Below are positions 40,815 through 50,765 of a stretch of DNA of 64,000 nucleotides, in pieces. A program made the position numbers and the translations under genes. The notes below the pieces were generated by a model that made no database searches, had not been told where the DNA came from, and saw nothing but the letters and a program-made list of their open reading frames with translations. This stretch comes from an uncultured Actinomycetota bacterium (GTDB taxonomy: Bacteria > Actinomycetota > Actinomycetes > Mycobacteriales > Jatrophihabitantaceae): the NCBI GenBank assembly GCA_963764485.1, contig CAVXSM010000002.1:18639-82638 (forward strand). The letters are read 5' to 3'. Positions within the stretch are counted from its first letter, which is position 1, and each line of letters starts with the position of its first letter.

Positions 40815-42068
40815 TCAGCGCCCGACACTTGAACGGTCGGCCGGGTGCCGGAGCAGGTCGGCCAGATCGAGACCGGCCGCCTCGAAGCGTTCGGCGTGCG
40901 GCGGGTAGCCGTCGCTGCGTTCGAGCCGACCGCGGCGCAGCGAGAACAACTCGGCAGCCTCGATCACGTCACCCTCGATCCGCCCGGTGACTCCGACGAT
41001 CTCGCGCACCCGGCGTGCGCCGGATGCGTCGAGCCCGAGGTGCACCACGAGGTCGACGCTCGCCGCCACGGTGGGCACCACGAAGGCGGCGGACACGTTC
41101 TCACCGGCGAGCAGCGGCAGCGTGCACATCTTGACCAGGGCCTCGCGGGCCGAGTTGGCGTGCAGGGTGCACATGCCGGGTAGTCCGCTGTTGAGGGCGA
41201 TCAACAGGTCGAGGCATTCCTCTTGCCGGACCTCGCCGACGATGAGGCGGGACGGACGCATCCGCAGGGCTTCCTTCACCAGCCGGCGCAGCGCGATCTC
41301 GCCGGTGCCCTCGAGGTTGGCCTGCCGGGTCTGCATGGCCACGACGTCGGGCCGGCGGACGGCGAGTTCGAACACTTCCTCGACGGTGACAACGCGCTCG
41401 CGAGCCGGGATGACACCGCACAAAGCGTTCAACATCGTGGTCTTGCCGGCCTGCGTGCCACCCGCGACCAGCACGTTGAGCCCGGCCACGACGGCCGCCT
41501 CTAGGAAACGGGCGGCGTGCTCGGTCAGCGTGGAGACTGCGACCAGTTCGTCGAGCGCGCGCAAGCCGACCGCGAACTTGCGGATGTTGACGGCCATGTG
41601 CTGACGGGTGATGTTGGGGATCACGACGTGCAGACGCGAGCCGTCCGGCAGCATCGCGTCGACGAAAGGCGTCGAGAGATCGATACGCCGCCCGGTTGGG
41701 CGCAGCATCCGTTCGACGAGTTCGGCGAGCTGGTCGGCGGTGAGGATCAGCGTGGTCAGCTCGGAGCGCCCGTGTCGGGCCACGAACACGCGGCCCGGCT
41801 CATTGATCCAGATCTCTTCGACCGTGGGATCGTCGAGCAGCGGCTGGAGCGGGCCGAAGCCGGCCACCGCGTCGAGGACGAGACGAGTCGCCCCGACGAC
41901 ATCGCCCAACGGCGGCAGCGTGGCCGTGATCGCGCGGTCGCGATAATCGCCGACAACCTCGTCGACCAGACGGGCGACGGTGTCGGGCTCGACGATCGGA
42001 TCGATCCCGCGCCGGCGCACCAGCTCGCGCACCTCGTCCTCGAGGATCGTCTGGGCCGAGGGCGCCAC
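40815..42068 (-). CDS. tadA: CpaF/TadA pilus assembly ATPase
   Basis: GGTQAGKTT, LRMRP, VGEVR, TLHANS. Confidence 0.93.
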   Translation of the reverse strand: MAPSAQTILEDEVRELVRRRGIDPIVEPDTVARLVDEVVGDYRDRAITATLPPLGDVVGATRLVLDAVAGFGPLQPLLDDPTVEEIWINEPGRVFVARHGRSELTTLILTADQLAELVERMLRPTGRRIDLSTPFVDAMLPDGSRLHVVIPNITRQHMAVNIRKFAVGLRALDELVAVSTLTEHAARFLEAAVVAGLNVLVAGGTQAGKTTMLNALCGVIPARERVVTVEEVFELAVRRPDVVAMQTRQANLEGTGEIALRRLVKEALRMRPSRLIVGEVRQEECLDLLIALNSGLPGMCTLHANSAREALVKMCTLPLLAGENVSAAFVVPTVAASVDLVVHLGLDASGARRVREIVGVTGRIEGDVIEAAELFSLRRGRLERSDGYPPHAERFEAAGLDLADLLRHPADRSSVGR

Positions 42069-42153
42069 CGTTCACTCTCCGTGCTCGTCGCAGGACACAA
42101 GCAAGCAGAGCGTAAGCGGCATATCCGGACAAAAGCTAGCGGGACACCGTGTC

Positions 42154-42201
42154 TGTGGATAGCCGGTCGTTACGCCGCGAAGTCGTGGTGAGTTATCCAC
42201 A
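42154..42201. promoter_or_regulatory. Inverted pair of DnaA-box-like sites
   Basis: TGTGGATAG (42154-42162) and TTATCCACA (42193-42201). Confidence 0.45.
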
Positions 42202-42285
42202 GTTCTATGACGGATAGATTGACAGACATCAGACATGTCGGATAAACCTGCCGCCACACCGATTCACGACGAAAGGCAGGCAGGA

Positions 42286-43182
42286 ATGACGAACACCGAC
42301 GACGACCCGCGGCGAACCCGCGGGCGTCGACTCATCGGGGCCGCGCTGATCGCTCCGCTCACCGCGGCGGTCGTGTGGCCGGCCCCGGCCGGGGCCAAGC
42401 CCCCGAAGCCGGGCGCGCCCGGTCTGACGATCGGCCAGTATGACCACAAGACCGCCCCGCCCCTGGCGCCGGCGGACGAGCGCCGCGATCACGCCAAGCA
42501 GGTGGCGGCGACCGCCCACATGCAGGCCAAGCTCCGGGCGCAGGCGGCGCTACGGACCAACGGCATGCGCGCCGACGCGGCCACGCAAGACCTCGCGGCG
42601 ACCACCCGGTCGCTCGGCGTGAGTTACCAGATCCAGCAGGAGCCGAGCTGGTGCGGGCCGACAACACTGGCCGTCATCCTCGGCTACAAGGGCTGGGGCT
42701 GGACCGGCAGCCAGTACACCCAGCAGTCCGCCGCGGCCAGCCTGCTCGGGGTCAGCGCCGACGGCGGCGGTACGCCGTGGGTCGGCAGCGACAACGTGCC
42801 GACCGGTGGCCCATGGGTGTCGTCCTACCCGATGCAGGACGCGCTGAACTACCAGGACTACCGGCACACGCACAACACCTTCTGGGCGCCGAACGCCGTG
42901 CCCGACTCGCCGTCCAGCGCCGACATCAGCGAGTACCAGCGCGACCTGGTAGCCGACATCGATGTCGGCTACCCGTTCGCCAACAACGAGTACGCCGCGC
43001 CCAGCGCCCACCTGCAGAAGCAGCCCTACGAGACGATCATGCACTGGTTCGCGTCGAGCGGTTACGCCAGCTCGGGCGCCACGACCTACTTCGCCGACCC
43101 CGGCTGGGGCGGCGGTACCCGCAGCCAGGACACGACGCACCGTGTGGTTGTCGCCATCGGTGGCCGCGGGTTCATCTGGTGA
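42286..43182 (+). CDS. Secreted C39-like cysteine peptidase
   Basis: Arg-rich signal peptide; QxQ...WCGP, HW...SGY, YFADP. Confidence 0.75.
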   Translation: MTNTDDDPRRTRGRRLIGAALIAPLTAAVVWPAPAGAKPPKPGAPGLTIGQYDHKTAPPLAPADERRDHAKQVAATAHMQAKLRAQAALRTNGMRADAATQDLAATTRSLGVSYQIQQEPSWCGPTTLAVILGYKGWGWTGSQYTQQSAAASLLGVSADGGGTPWVGSDNVPTGGPWVSSYPMQDALNYQDYRHTHNTFWAPNAVPDSPSSADISEYQRDLVADIDVGYPFANNEYAAPSAHLQKQPYETIMHWFASSGYASSGATTYFADPGWGGGTRSQDTTHRVVVAIGGRGFIW

Positions 43183-44522
43183 GAGCCCTAGTCCGATCGG
43201 CGGCGCTCGTCGCTGCAGTGTTCGCGGTGCTGATCGGCGCCGCGGCCTGCACGCAGGGCGGCGGGCGCGGCCGGTCCCACCGGACGGGAGCGAGTTCGGC
43301 TCCCCCGGGAAGCGGTTCGGGGCCGGCGTCTGCGCCGGCCCCGGCCGTGGGGGACCTGGGCGTCGACGGCGCGAGCGTGCCGCTGCACGACCCCCCGTGC
43401 CAACAATCCCTGCCCGCGACCTGGAAGGCCGCGTTGCGGCAGGGTCTGCTGTGGCCCTCCGCAAAGGATCAGCTGCCCACCAACCAGCCGGTCCGCACCC
43501 CCCGCGGCGTCGGTGTGTTGGCCCAGCATGCGTCGCCCGCGGGCGTCGAGTTCACCATCCTCGGTCGCGACCGTGCGGTGTTGTCCACCGTCGGCACCAT
43601 CCCGCTCACCGACCCGGCCCAGCAGGGCGGCATCGCCTACTCGTGGGCCGACGACACCCACCTCGTCTTCATCTACAACGTGCAGGGCGAGCAGGCCCAG
43701 GACGTGTGGTGGCTGTACTCCTGGCCGCTGGCCGGCGGCCCGCTCACCCTGATCTCCCGCAACCCCACCGGCCCCGGCGGCCGCCCGATCAACGGCGGCT
43801 GGGTGCATCCGTTCGTCGACGGCGACACGCTCTATTGGATCCAGGCCACCCTGCCGCCGAAGGGCTTTCCCACCCTGCCGGCCGGCAGCGAACTGATGCA
43901 GTACCACTACTCGACCAAGCGGACGCGGGTGCTCTACCGCGGCCTCACCACGGCGTTCGTCGTCTACCACGGCCGGATTCTGTTCACTGGGCTGCCATTG
44001 ACGGCCGGCGGCAAGATCGACCGGATGACCGGCAATCCGCTACTGATCATGCACGCCGTCGACACCCGCACCGGCCGGGCGGTACCGGTACCAGCCGGCA
44101 TCAGCGCCGGCACCGACTTCGCCTACTGGATCGTCACCAATGGCGACCTGATCGCGTGGGACACCGACGACAACAGCCTGCGGGCCTGGCGGCCGGAATG
44201 GGGCAAGTCGATCACGCTCTTCCCCGGCCTGTCGCACAAGCGGCCGAAGTCCTTCGCCGATATCGAAGGCGGCAATCCTCGGCTATGGGGGCCCTACCTG
44301 ATCTGGTCCGATCACTACGCCTGGGTCCTCGACCTGCGCACCGATGCCTTCGTCCAGCTGAACGTGCACCCGTCGGCGAGCGAGGTACACGGCAGCCTGG
44401 TCAGCATCTGGCAACAACTCGACGACATCGTCCAGCGACCGGGCAAGCTGTATCCCGAGCAAGCAATGGTGCTCGATCTGGCCACGCTGCCGGGCCTGCC
44501 GGCCTGTCCGGGCACCCGGTAA
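43179..44522 (+). CDS. Lipoprotein, probable beta-propeller
   Basis: GTGA coupling to the peptidase; lipobox AAAC; repeated Trp-containing beta units (DGDTLYW, NGDLIAW, WGPYLIW). Confidence 0.7.
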   Translation: MRALVRSAALVAAVFAVLIGAAACTQGGGRGRSHRTGASSAPPGSGSGPASAPAPAVGDLGVDGASVPLHDPPCQQSLPATWKAALRQGLLWPSAKDQLPTNQPVRTPRGVGVLAQHASPAGVEFTILGRDRAVLSTVGTIPLTDPAQQGGIAYSWADDTHLVFIYNVQGEQAQDVWWLYSWPLAGGPLTLISRNPTGPGGRPINGGWVHPFVDGDTLYWIQATLPPKGFPTLPAGSELMQYHYSTKRTRVLYRGLTTAFVVYHGRILFTGLPLTAGGKIDRMTGNPLLIMHAVDTRTGRAVPVPAGISAGTDFAYWIVTNGDLIAWDTDDNSLRAWRPEWGKSITLFPGLSHKRPKSFADIEGGNPRLWGPYLIWSDHYAWVLDLRTDAFVQLNVHPSASEVHGSLVSIWQQLDDIVQRPGKLYPEQAMVLDLATLPGLPACPGTR

Positions 44523-44798
44523 TCCGCCGTGCAGCTACCGACAATGTTGCTGCAAGGTCCCGGACCTAACCTCATCCGGACGAGACGCCACGGCGGCGGC
44601 TCCGGGATTAACACCGACCTCAGTTCGGTCGTCACGAACATCGCGGGCGAATCGGTTCGAAGCGCCCGCCCGACCTGACGGATCCGTGCCGATCCCGGTC
44701 GCCGAAGTCACCCTCGGGTGGGCGTCGAGTTATCGAAAGTAGTTCGACCAGACCACACCGGCGAGGACGATCCTCGCCCGATCCCCGGGGGGAGATCG

Positions 44799-45809
44799 AT
44801 GATGACGATCCAGCTGCGGACAATCCGCGCAAAAACGACGACGACCCGCGGCCTCACCCGGCTGATCGGCGTCGCCGCCCTCACCGCGTTGTCGATGTGG
44901 GCGGCGCCGGCCGCGCAGGCCACCGGGTCCCTGTCGACCACCACGACCCTCACCGCCTCGCCGGCCGCGTCGACGGCCGGCACACCGGTGACGCTGAGCG
45001 CCAACGTCAAGGTGCTGGAGCTACCCGGCCTCGGCATCCTGCCCACCGGCCCGGTCAGCTTCACCGCGACGAACGGCACCAAGACCGCCGCACTCGGCAC
45101 CGCCACGTTCGGTCCGTGTTTCCTTACCACCTGCACGGCGACGCTCACCACCACCGCGATCCCGGTCGGCACGACCTCGGTCAAGGCGAGCTACGCCGGC
45201 GACGGCCTCACCGCGCCGAGCTCGGCTTCGACCGCGGTGAGTGTCGCGCCCAACTCCAACCCGGGTAGCACCGCGGTGGTGACCTGCTACGCCGGCCAGC
45301 CCTGCGATTCCGGCAACGTCAAATCACCCGACAACACGACGACGCTCGACGTGAACTCCAGCGCCTCGGCCAACAACCAGACCGTCACCGCGTCGGCCGG
45401 CCCCGGTTCGCTGCACTGCGCGCCCGCCGGCGGTAGCCCGGACAACGACGGCGACGACGACGACGGCGTCTGGGTCGGCGCGCTGGCTACGTTCAGCAGC
45501 ACCGCTGCCGACTCGACCAAGACGGTCACCTACACCGGATCCGGCAGCGTCGGCGCGGTGATGAAGCACCAGTTCAGCGAGCACACCAAGTACGCCGGGT
45601 GCTACGGATCGCCCACACCGTTCAAGGGCTACACCACCGGCGTGTACGGCAACGCGCCGTTCAACGCCACGGACGGCCTGTACGAAGCCCAGCCCTCCAG
45701 CTGCTCCTACAACGGCGGGCAGAAGCCGTGCGTGACGACGGCCTCGACGTCCACGACGTTCAGCTACATCGTGCACACCCTGGCCGGTGATCCGAAGTTC
45801 GTCGGCTGA
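44799..45809 (+). CDS. Secreted Ig-like (Big_3) protein with Cys-rich C-terminal domain, paralog A
   Basis: Signal peptide ending AQA; TTTTL..SP....G.PVTL...PTG.VSF...A.YAGD; ends AGDPKFVG. Confidence 0.8.
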   Translation: MMTIQLRTIRAKTTTTRGLTRLIGVAALTALSMWAAPAAQATGSLSTTTTLTASPAASTAGTPVTLSANVKVLELPGLGILPTGPVSFTATNGTKTAALGTATFGPCFLTTCTATLTTTAIPVGTTSVKASYAGDGLTAPSSASTAVSVAPNSNPGSTAVVTCYAGQPCDSGNVKSPDNTTTLDVNSSASANNQTVTASAGPGSLHCAPAGGSPDNDGDDDDGVWVGALATFSSTAADSTKTVTYTGSGSVGAVMKHQFSEHTKYAGCYGSPTPFKGYTTGVYGNAPFNATDGLYEAQPSSCSYNGGQKPCVTTASTSTTFSYIVHTLAGDPKFVG

Positions 45810-45871
45810 CACCGGCCCGAGGCGGGGTCGCAAACAATGCGGCCGCAACGTTGGCGACCTAGCCTCGGCAC

Positions 45872-48800
45872 ATGTCCGCATTCGGCGACAGCGATCCGCT
45901 CGCGCCGTATGTGCCGCGCCTCGTGGCCGACTGGTTGGCCGACGAGTACGAGGTCACCCATCGCGGCGTGTCGGGCACTTTCGTCTTCGCCGACGTCTCC
46001 GGTTTTACCAAGCTGACCGAGCGGCTGGCCGCCCGTGGCAAGGCCGGCGCCGAGGAGATGGGCGGCCTGCTCAACGTCCTCTTCGAGGACCTGCTGACCG
46101 CCGCCTACGACTACGGCGCCAGCCTGCTGAAATGGGGCGGCGACGCGGTCCTGCTGCTCTTCGACGGCGACGAGCACCCGTTGCGGGGTACGCGGGGCGC
46201 ATGGGGAATGCAGCAGATCATGCGCCGGATTGGACGGGTGCAGACCTCGCGCGGAGCCGTCCGCCTCGGCATCTCGATCGGCGTGCACACCGGCGATGTC
46301 GACTTCCTGCTCGTCGGCCGGACGCACCGCGAGCTGATCGTCACCGGCCCGGACGCCACGACGACGGCCCGGATGGAAAAGGTCGCCGGCCGCGGCCAGG
46401 TGGTCGTCAGCCCATCCACCGCGGCCCTGCTGCCGGCCGGTTGCGTCGGTGCGGCGGTCGGGCCGGGCCTCCTGCTGACCCGCGCCCCGCAGGTCGTCAG
46501 CATCCCCAACCGCATGCCGAAACGCAGCGACGTCGACCTCGGCCAGGCAATGTGCGCGCACCTCCGCGATCACCTGCGCGGCGATGTCGAGGACGAGCAC
46601 CGCAGTACGACGATCGGGTTCATCCGCTTCGCGGGCGCCGACGACCTGCTCGCGAAGCACGGGCCGGAGGCGCTGAGTGACGCCGTCGCCGACATCGTCA
46701 TCCGGACCCAGGAGGCGGCCGACGCCAACGGCGTCACCTTCCTCGCGAGCGACCTGAATGAGAACGGCGGCAAGCTGATCCTTACCTCCGGCGTACCGAT
46801 CGCCACCGGGGACGCCGAGACCAGGATGCTGTCGACGCTGCACCGCGTGGTCCGCTCGGACGGCCCGCTCGCGCTCACCGGTGGCATCACGTCCGGCGGC
46901 GTGTTCGCGGGCGACTACGGACCGTTCTATCGCAAGACCTATTCGATCGCCGGCGACGCGGTGAACCTCGCCGCGCGGTTGATGGCGGCCGCCGAGCCCG
47001 GCCAGATCCTGGCCACGCCGACCGTCGTCGAGCGCTCGCGCAGCACGTTCGAGACGACGCCGCTGCCGCCCTTCTTCGTCAAGGGCAAGGCCGCGCCGGT
47101 CGAGGCAGTCCTCATCGGCGGGCCGCGACGCGCGAACGAACGGGCCGCAACGGACCGGCCGCCGCTGGTCGGCCGCGACGCCGAACTGGCGCACCTCCTC
47201 GCCGCGGCCGAACGAGCGGGCCGGGGCCGGGGCGGGGTGGTCGAGATCGTCGCCGATCCCGGCCTCGGTAAGTCCCGCCTCATCGAGGAGCTGGCCGACC
47301 GGGTCAGCGCACCGGTGATGTGGGTGGACGGCGACATCTACGGACGCGTGACTCCGTACCAACCGATGCAACGACTGCTGCGCAACAGCCTCGCCCTGCC
47401 GGCCGACGTCGACGACCTGACCCTCGCGGCGACGCTGACCGATCTCGTCGCCGCCGCGGCGCCGGACCTCGCCCCCTGGCTGCCGCTCGTCGGGATCGTG
47501 GCCGGCGTCGACCTTCCGGCGACCCCCGAGACCGCCATCCTCGACCCTGAGGTGCGCCGGGCCCGTTTGGAGGCCGCGATCAGCGAACTGCTGGGCCGGC
47601 TACTCACGACCCCGATCGTGCTCGTGTTCAACGACGTGCAGTTCATGGACGAGGCGACGACCGCGTTGATCGGCCGGCTCGCCGCCGATGTCGGGCCGCG
47701 ACCGTGGCTGATCATCGTCAGTCGCCGTCCGGACTGCCCCTCACCGGTGACCGCCGAGCACGTGTCGATAGCGCTCGCGCCGCTCGACGCCGACGCCGCC
47801 GCTCGGTTGTTCAGCGACGCGACCGACGAGGCGCCCCTGCCGTCGCACCAGATGCGCCGGCTGGTCGAGCGCGCGGACGGGAACCCGCTGTTCCTGCGCC
47901 AGCTGATCGCCGCGGCCCGATCGGGGGCCGATATCGATCATCTGCCCGACTCGATCGAGGGCACGATCGTCGCCCAGATCGACCAGCTTCCCCCCAGGCG
48001 CCGGCGCTGGCTGCGCGCCGTGTCCGTCCTGGGCATGACCGTCGAACCCGACCTGCTCGCCGCCGTGCTCGAAGGCACCGAACTGGCCGACGAGAGCTGC
48101 GCCGGCCTCGAAACGTTCATCTCGATGCGGGTTGATGGCCGGTTGCAGTTCGCCCATCACCTCGTTCGACTGACCGCGTACGAAAGCCTGCCCTACCGGC
48201 GCCGCATCGAGCTGCACGCTCGCGCGGCCGATGCGCTCGAAGTCGATCTCGGCGAGCGAGCGGAACACGCAGCCGAGCTGCTGTCGCTGCACTGCCTGCG
48301 CGGCGAGAAGTTTGCCTCGGCCTGGCACTACTCGCGGGTCGCCGGCGATGTGGCCCGTGAGGCCTTCGCGCCGGCGCAGGCCGTGGAGTGCTACCGCCGG
48401 GCCCTCGACGCGGCCCAGCATCTGCCCGACCTGTCCGAGCCTGAGCTCGCCGGCGTCTATGAAGTGCTCGCCCAATGCACCATGGATCTCGGCGAGACCG
48501 AGCAGGCCGAATGGGCGCTGCGTAGGGCTCGAGCCCGCGCCAAGGACGATCCGTACCAGCTGGCCCGGCTCATGCTGCACACGGCGCGACACCGCCAGCA
48601 CATCGGCCGGCACGCCGATGGCCTGCGCTGGGTGACGCGGGGCCGCCGACTCCTGCACGGAGCGGAGACGCCGGCCGCGGCCCGTAAACGCGCCGAGCTG
48701 GCCGAGGTCGGCGCCCTCATCCGGTACGACCAGGGCGCCTACCGCACGGCCGCGATCTGGGCCCGCCGCTGTGTCGCCGAAGCGCGCGCCGCCGCCGATC

Positions 48801-49645
48801 CGCTGACCGAGGCCCGCGGGCTCGGCGTCTCGGCCGTGCTGGCGGCGCTGACCGGACAGCGCGTCGACGATCGCGAGGTTCGCGAGGCGCTCGCCCGCTA
48901 CGACGAATCGCGTGACCTGCGCGGCAAGGCGCGTACCGCGAACGTGCTCGGCATGTGCGCGTATTTCGACGGCCGGTGGAACGAGGCCATGGACTACTAC
49001 GCGCTGGCCGAAGACGCCTTCACCCAGATCGGCTTCGACATCGGCACGGCTACGACGGCGGCTAACCGGGCCGAGATCCTGGTCCAGCAAGGCCGGGTCG
49101 ACGAGGCCGCGCCGGCGCTCGACGCCGCGATCCGCACCCTGCTGGCCGTCAATGCGACCAGTTTCGTCAGCTTCGCGTTGGTTCTGCGCGGCCGAGTCGC
49201 GCTCGGGCGGCGCGACTTCGACGCCGCCATGAACGACTTCGGCGAGGCACGCACCTTCGCGGTCGAGATGGGCGAGACCGACGAGGTGTTGACGATCGAC
49301 GCGCTGGCCGCGGAGTGCCTGCTCCGCTCCGGTGACCCGGCGGCCGCGATGAGCTTCGTCGACGACGCGCTCGTGCGGGCCGGACGGGCCGAGACCGAGG
49401 CGTCGGCCACGCCCCTGCTGTATCGGGTTCGGGGCGAGGCGCTCGTGATGCTCGGCCAGATCGACGACGGCCACACGCAACTGCGTCGCGCGCTGGCCGA
49501 GGCCAGGCGGCGCGACGCCCAGCATGACGTGGAGGCCACCTTGGCGACGCTCGCGCGGCTGGCGGCCGGCGACGCGACCGAGGTCCGGGGCTGGGCCGAC
49601 GAGCGGGCTCGACTGGCCGACCGGCTCGGCATAGTCCGCCCTTGA
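45872..49645 (+). CDS. Double class III nucleotide cyclase - STAND NTPase - TPR protein
   Basis: FADVSGFT and KWGGDA (domain 1); GDAVNLAARLM and VKGK (domain 2); LVGR..E, PGLGKS, LVFNDVQ, GNPLF; TPR-like tail. Confidence 0.9.
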   Translation: MSAFGDSDPLAPYVPRLVADWLADEYEVTHRGVSGTFVFADVSGFTKLTERLAARGKAGAEEMGGLLNVLFEDLLTAAYDYGASLLKWGGDAVLLLFDGDEHPLRGTRGAWGMQQIMRRIGRVQTSRGAVRLGISIGVHTGDVDFLLVGRTHRELIVTGPDATTTARMEKVAGRGQVVVSPSTAALLPAGCVGAAVGPGLLLTRAPQVVSIPNRMPKRSDVDLGQAMCAHLRDHLRGDVEDEHRSTTIGFIRFAGADDLLAKHGPEALSDAVADIVIRTQEAADANGVTFLASDLNENGGKLILTSGVPIATGDAETRMLSTLHRVVRSDGPLALTGGITSGGVFAGDYGPFYRKTYSIAGDAVNLAARLMAAAEPGQILATPTVVERSRSTFETTPLPPFFVKGKAAPVEAVLIGGPRRANERAATDRPPLVGRDAELAHLLAAAERAGRGRGGVVEIVADPGLGKSRLIEELADRVSAPVMWVDGDIYGRVTPYQPMQRLLRNSLALPADVDDLTLAATLTDLVAAAAPDLAPWLPLVGIVAGVDLPATPETAILDPEVRRARLEAAISELLGRLLTTPIVLVFNDVQFMDEATTALIGRLAADVGPRPWLIIVSRRPDCPSPVTAEHVSIALAPLDADAAARLFSDATDEAPLPSHQMRRLVERADGNPLFLRQLIAAARSGADIDHLPDSIEGTIVAQIDQLPPRRRRWLRAVSVLGMTVEPDLLAAVLEGTELADESCAGLETFISMRVDGRLQFAHHLVRLTAYESLPYRRRIELHARAADALEVDLGERAEHAAELLSLHCLRGEKFASAWHYSRVAGDVAREAFAPAQAVECYRRALDAAQHLPDLSEPELAGVYEVLAQCTMDLGETEQAEWALRRARARAKDDPYQLARLMLHTARHRQHIGRHADGLRWVTRGRRLLHGAETPAAARKRAELAEVGALIRYDQGAYRTAAIWARRCVAEARAAADPLTEARGLGVSAVLAALTGQRVDDREVREALARYDESRDLRGKARTANVLGMCAYFDGRWNEAMDYYALAEDAFTQIGFDIGTATTAANRAEILVQQGRVDEAAPALDAAIRTLLAVNATSFVSFALVLRGRVALGRRDFDAAMNDFGEARTFAVEMGETDEVLTIDALAAECLLRSGDPAAAMSFVDDALVRAGRAETEASATPLLYRVRGEALVMLGQIDDGHTQLRRALAEARRRDAQHDVEATLATLARLAAGDATEVRGWADERARLADRLGIVRP

Positions 49646-49651
49646 GCGCGG

Positions 49652-49684
49652 CTGTGGCGCCCGCGCGGTGCGCGGGCGCCACAG
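49652..49684. terminator. Hairpin between convergent genes
   Basis: CTGTGGCGCCCGCGC-ggt-GCGCGGGCGCCACAG, 15-bp perfect stem. Confidence 0.75.
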
Positions 49685-49700
49685 ACCACTCGCGATTTGG

Positions 49701-50765
49701 CTAGCCGACGAACTTCGGGTCGCCGGCCTGGGTGTAGATGACCAGCGTGTAGTAGCGCTGATCGGTCGGCGATGACGGCAGACCCGAACCGTCGATCGAA
49801 CCCGAACCGATGCACGGCGGCGGCAGCTGACTGGGGTTTCCGCTGATCAAGCTGTTCCCGCCGTTGACGCACTGGCGCAGCTGGGCCTCGTAGTAGGTGT
49901 TGCCATACGCATCGGTCACCTGTTGGGCCGGTCCGTAGAGCCCGTTCGTGTAGCCCTGGAACGGGTTGGGGGATGCGAAGCAACCTTCGTACGTGCTGTG
50001 GCTGGCGTAGTTGTTGTGCATGATGACCGCGTCGGGACCGCGCACCGTGTAGGTGATCGTCTTGTACGCGTCACTGGCCGAGTTGGTGAAGGTCGCCAGC
50101 GCGCCACCAGAGACCGCGTCGGTGTCGCCCGGGCAGTTGAGCAACTGCCCGCTCGTCAGAGATCCGGACACCGACTGCGAGCCGCTCGACGCCGACGCCG
50201 TCACCTGCAGCTTGGTCTCGCCGTCGGACGACGTGACCGTGGTGGTGGAACACGGGTTGTTCGCGGTGCAGTTCTGCGTGGTGCTCGCCCCCGGATCCGG
50301 CGGCGGCGGGGGCGGGAAGGCGACGGTCACCGCTGCGGCACCCTGGCTCGCCGCGGAGACGAAATCGCCGGCATACGCCGCGCGGACCGAGGACGTACCG
50401 GCCGGCATGGCGCTGGTCGTCAGTCGCGCGGTGCACGTCGTCAGCAAGCACGTTCCGAGGCTCGCCGAACCGAGCGCGGTGGTCGTGCTGCCCTTCACGG
50501 CGGTGAAGCTCACCGGCCCGGTGGGCGTCACGAGCAGGCCGGGCAGCACGCCCAGGATCGAGACCGTTGCCGTGAGCGTGACCGGAGTTCCCACGATCGA
50601 CGACGAGGGCGACGCCGACACCGTGGTCGTCGTCGGTAGCAACCCCCCTGCGGCCGCGGACCCCGCCATCGCGGTGGCGCCCCCCGCGAGCGCGATCGCC
50701 GAGACTGCGACGACGGCGAAGCGGCCTACACCGAGTCGCTCTCGCAATTGACTGTGCCCTGCCAT
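49701..50765 (-). CDS. Secreted Ig-like (Big_3) protein with Cys-rich C-terminal domain, paralog B
   Basis: Collinear with 44799..45809, same cysteine pattern, ends AGDPKFVG. Confidence 0.8.
   Translation of the reverse strand: MAGHSQLRERLGVGRFAVVAVSAIALAGGATAMAGSAAAGGLLPTTTTVSASPSSSIVGTPVTLTATVSILGVLPGLLVTPTGPVSFTAVKGSTTTALGSASLGTCLLTTCTARLTTSAMPAGTSSVRAAYAGDFVSAASQGAAAVTVAFPPPPPPDPGASTTQNCTANNPCSTTTVTSSDGETKLQVTASASSGSQSVSGSLTSGQLLNCPGDTDAVSGGALATFTNSASDAYKTITYTVRGPDAVIMHNNYASHSTYEGCFASPNPFQGYTNGLYGPAQQVTDAYGNTYYEAQLRQCVNGGNSLISGNPSQLPPPCIGSGSIDGSGLPSSPTDQRYYTLVIYTQAGDPKFVG

Noticed and set aside
42154-42201. Replication origin
   Set aside because: Only two boxes, no dnaA/dnaN context and no AT-rich unwinding element.
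44523-44798. Riboswitch upstream of Ig-like paralog A
   Set aside because: Some pairing potential but no recognisable c-di-GMP, c-di-AMP or cobalamin consensus by eye; an Infernal/Rfam search would be needed.
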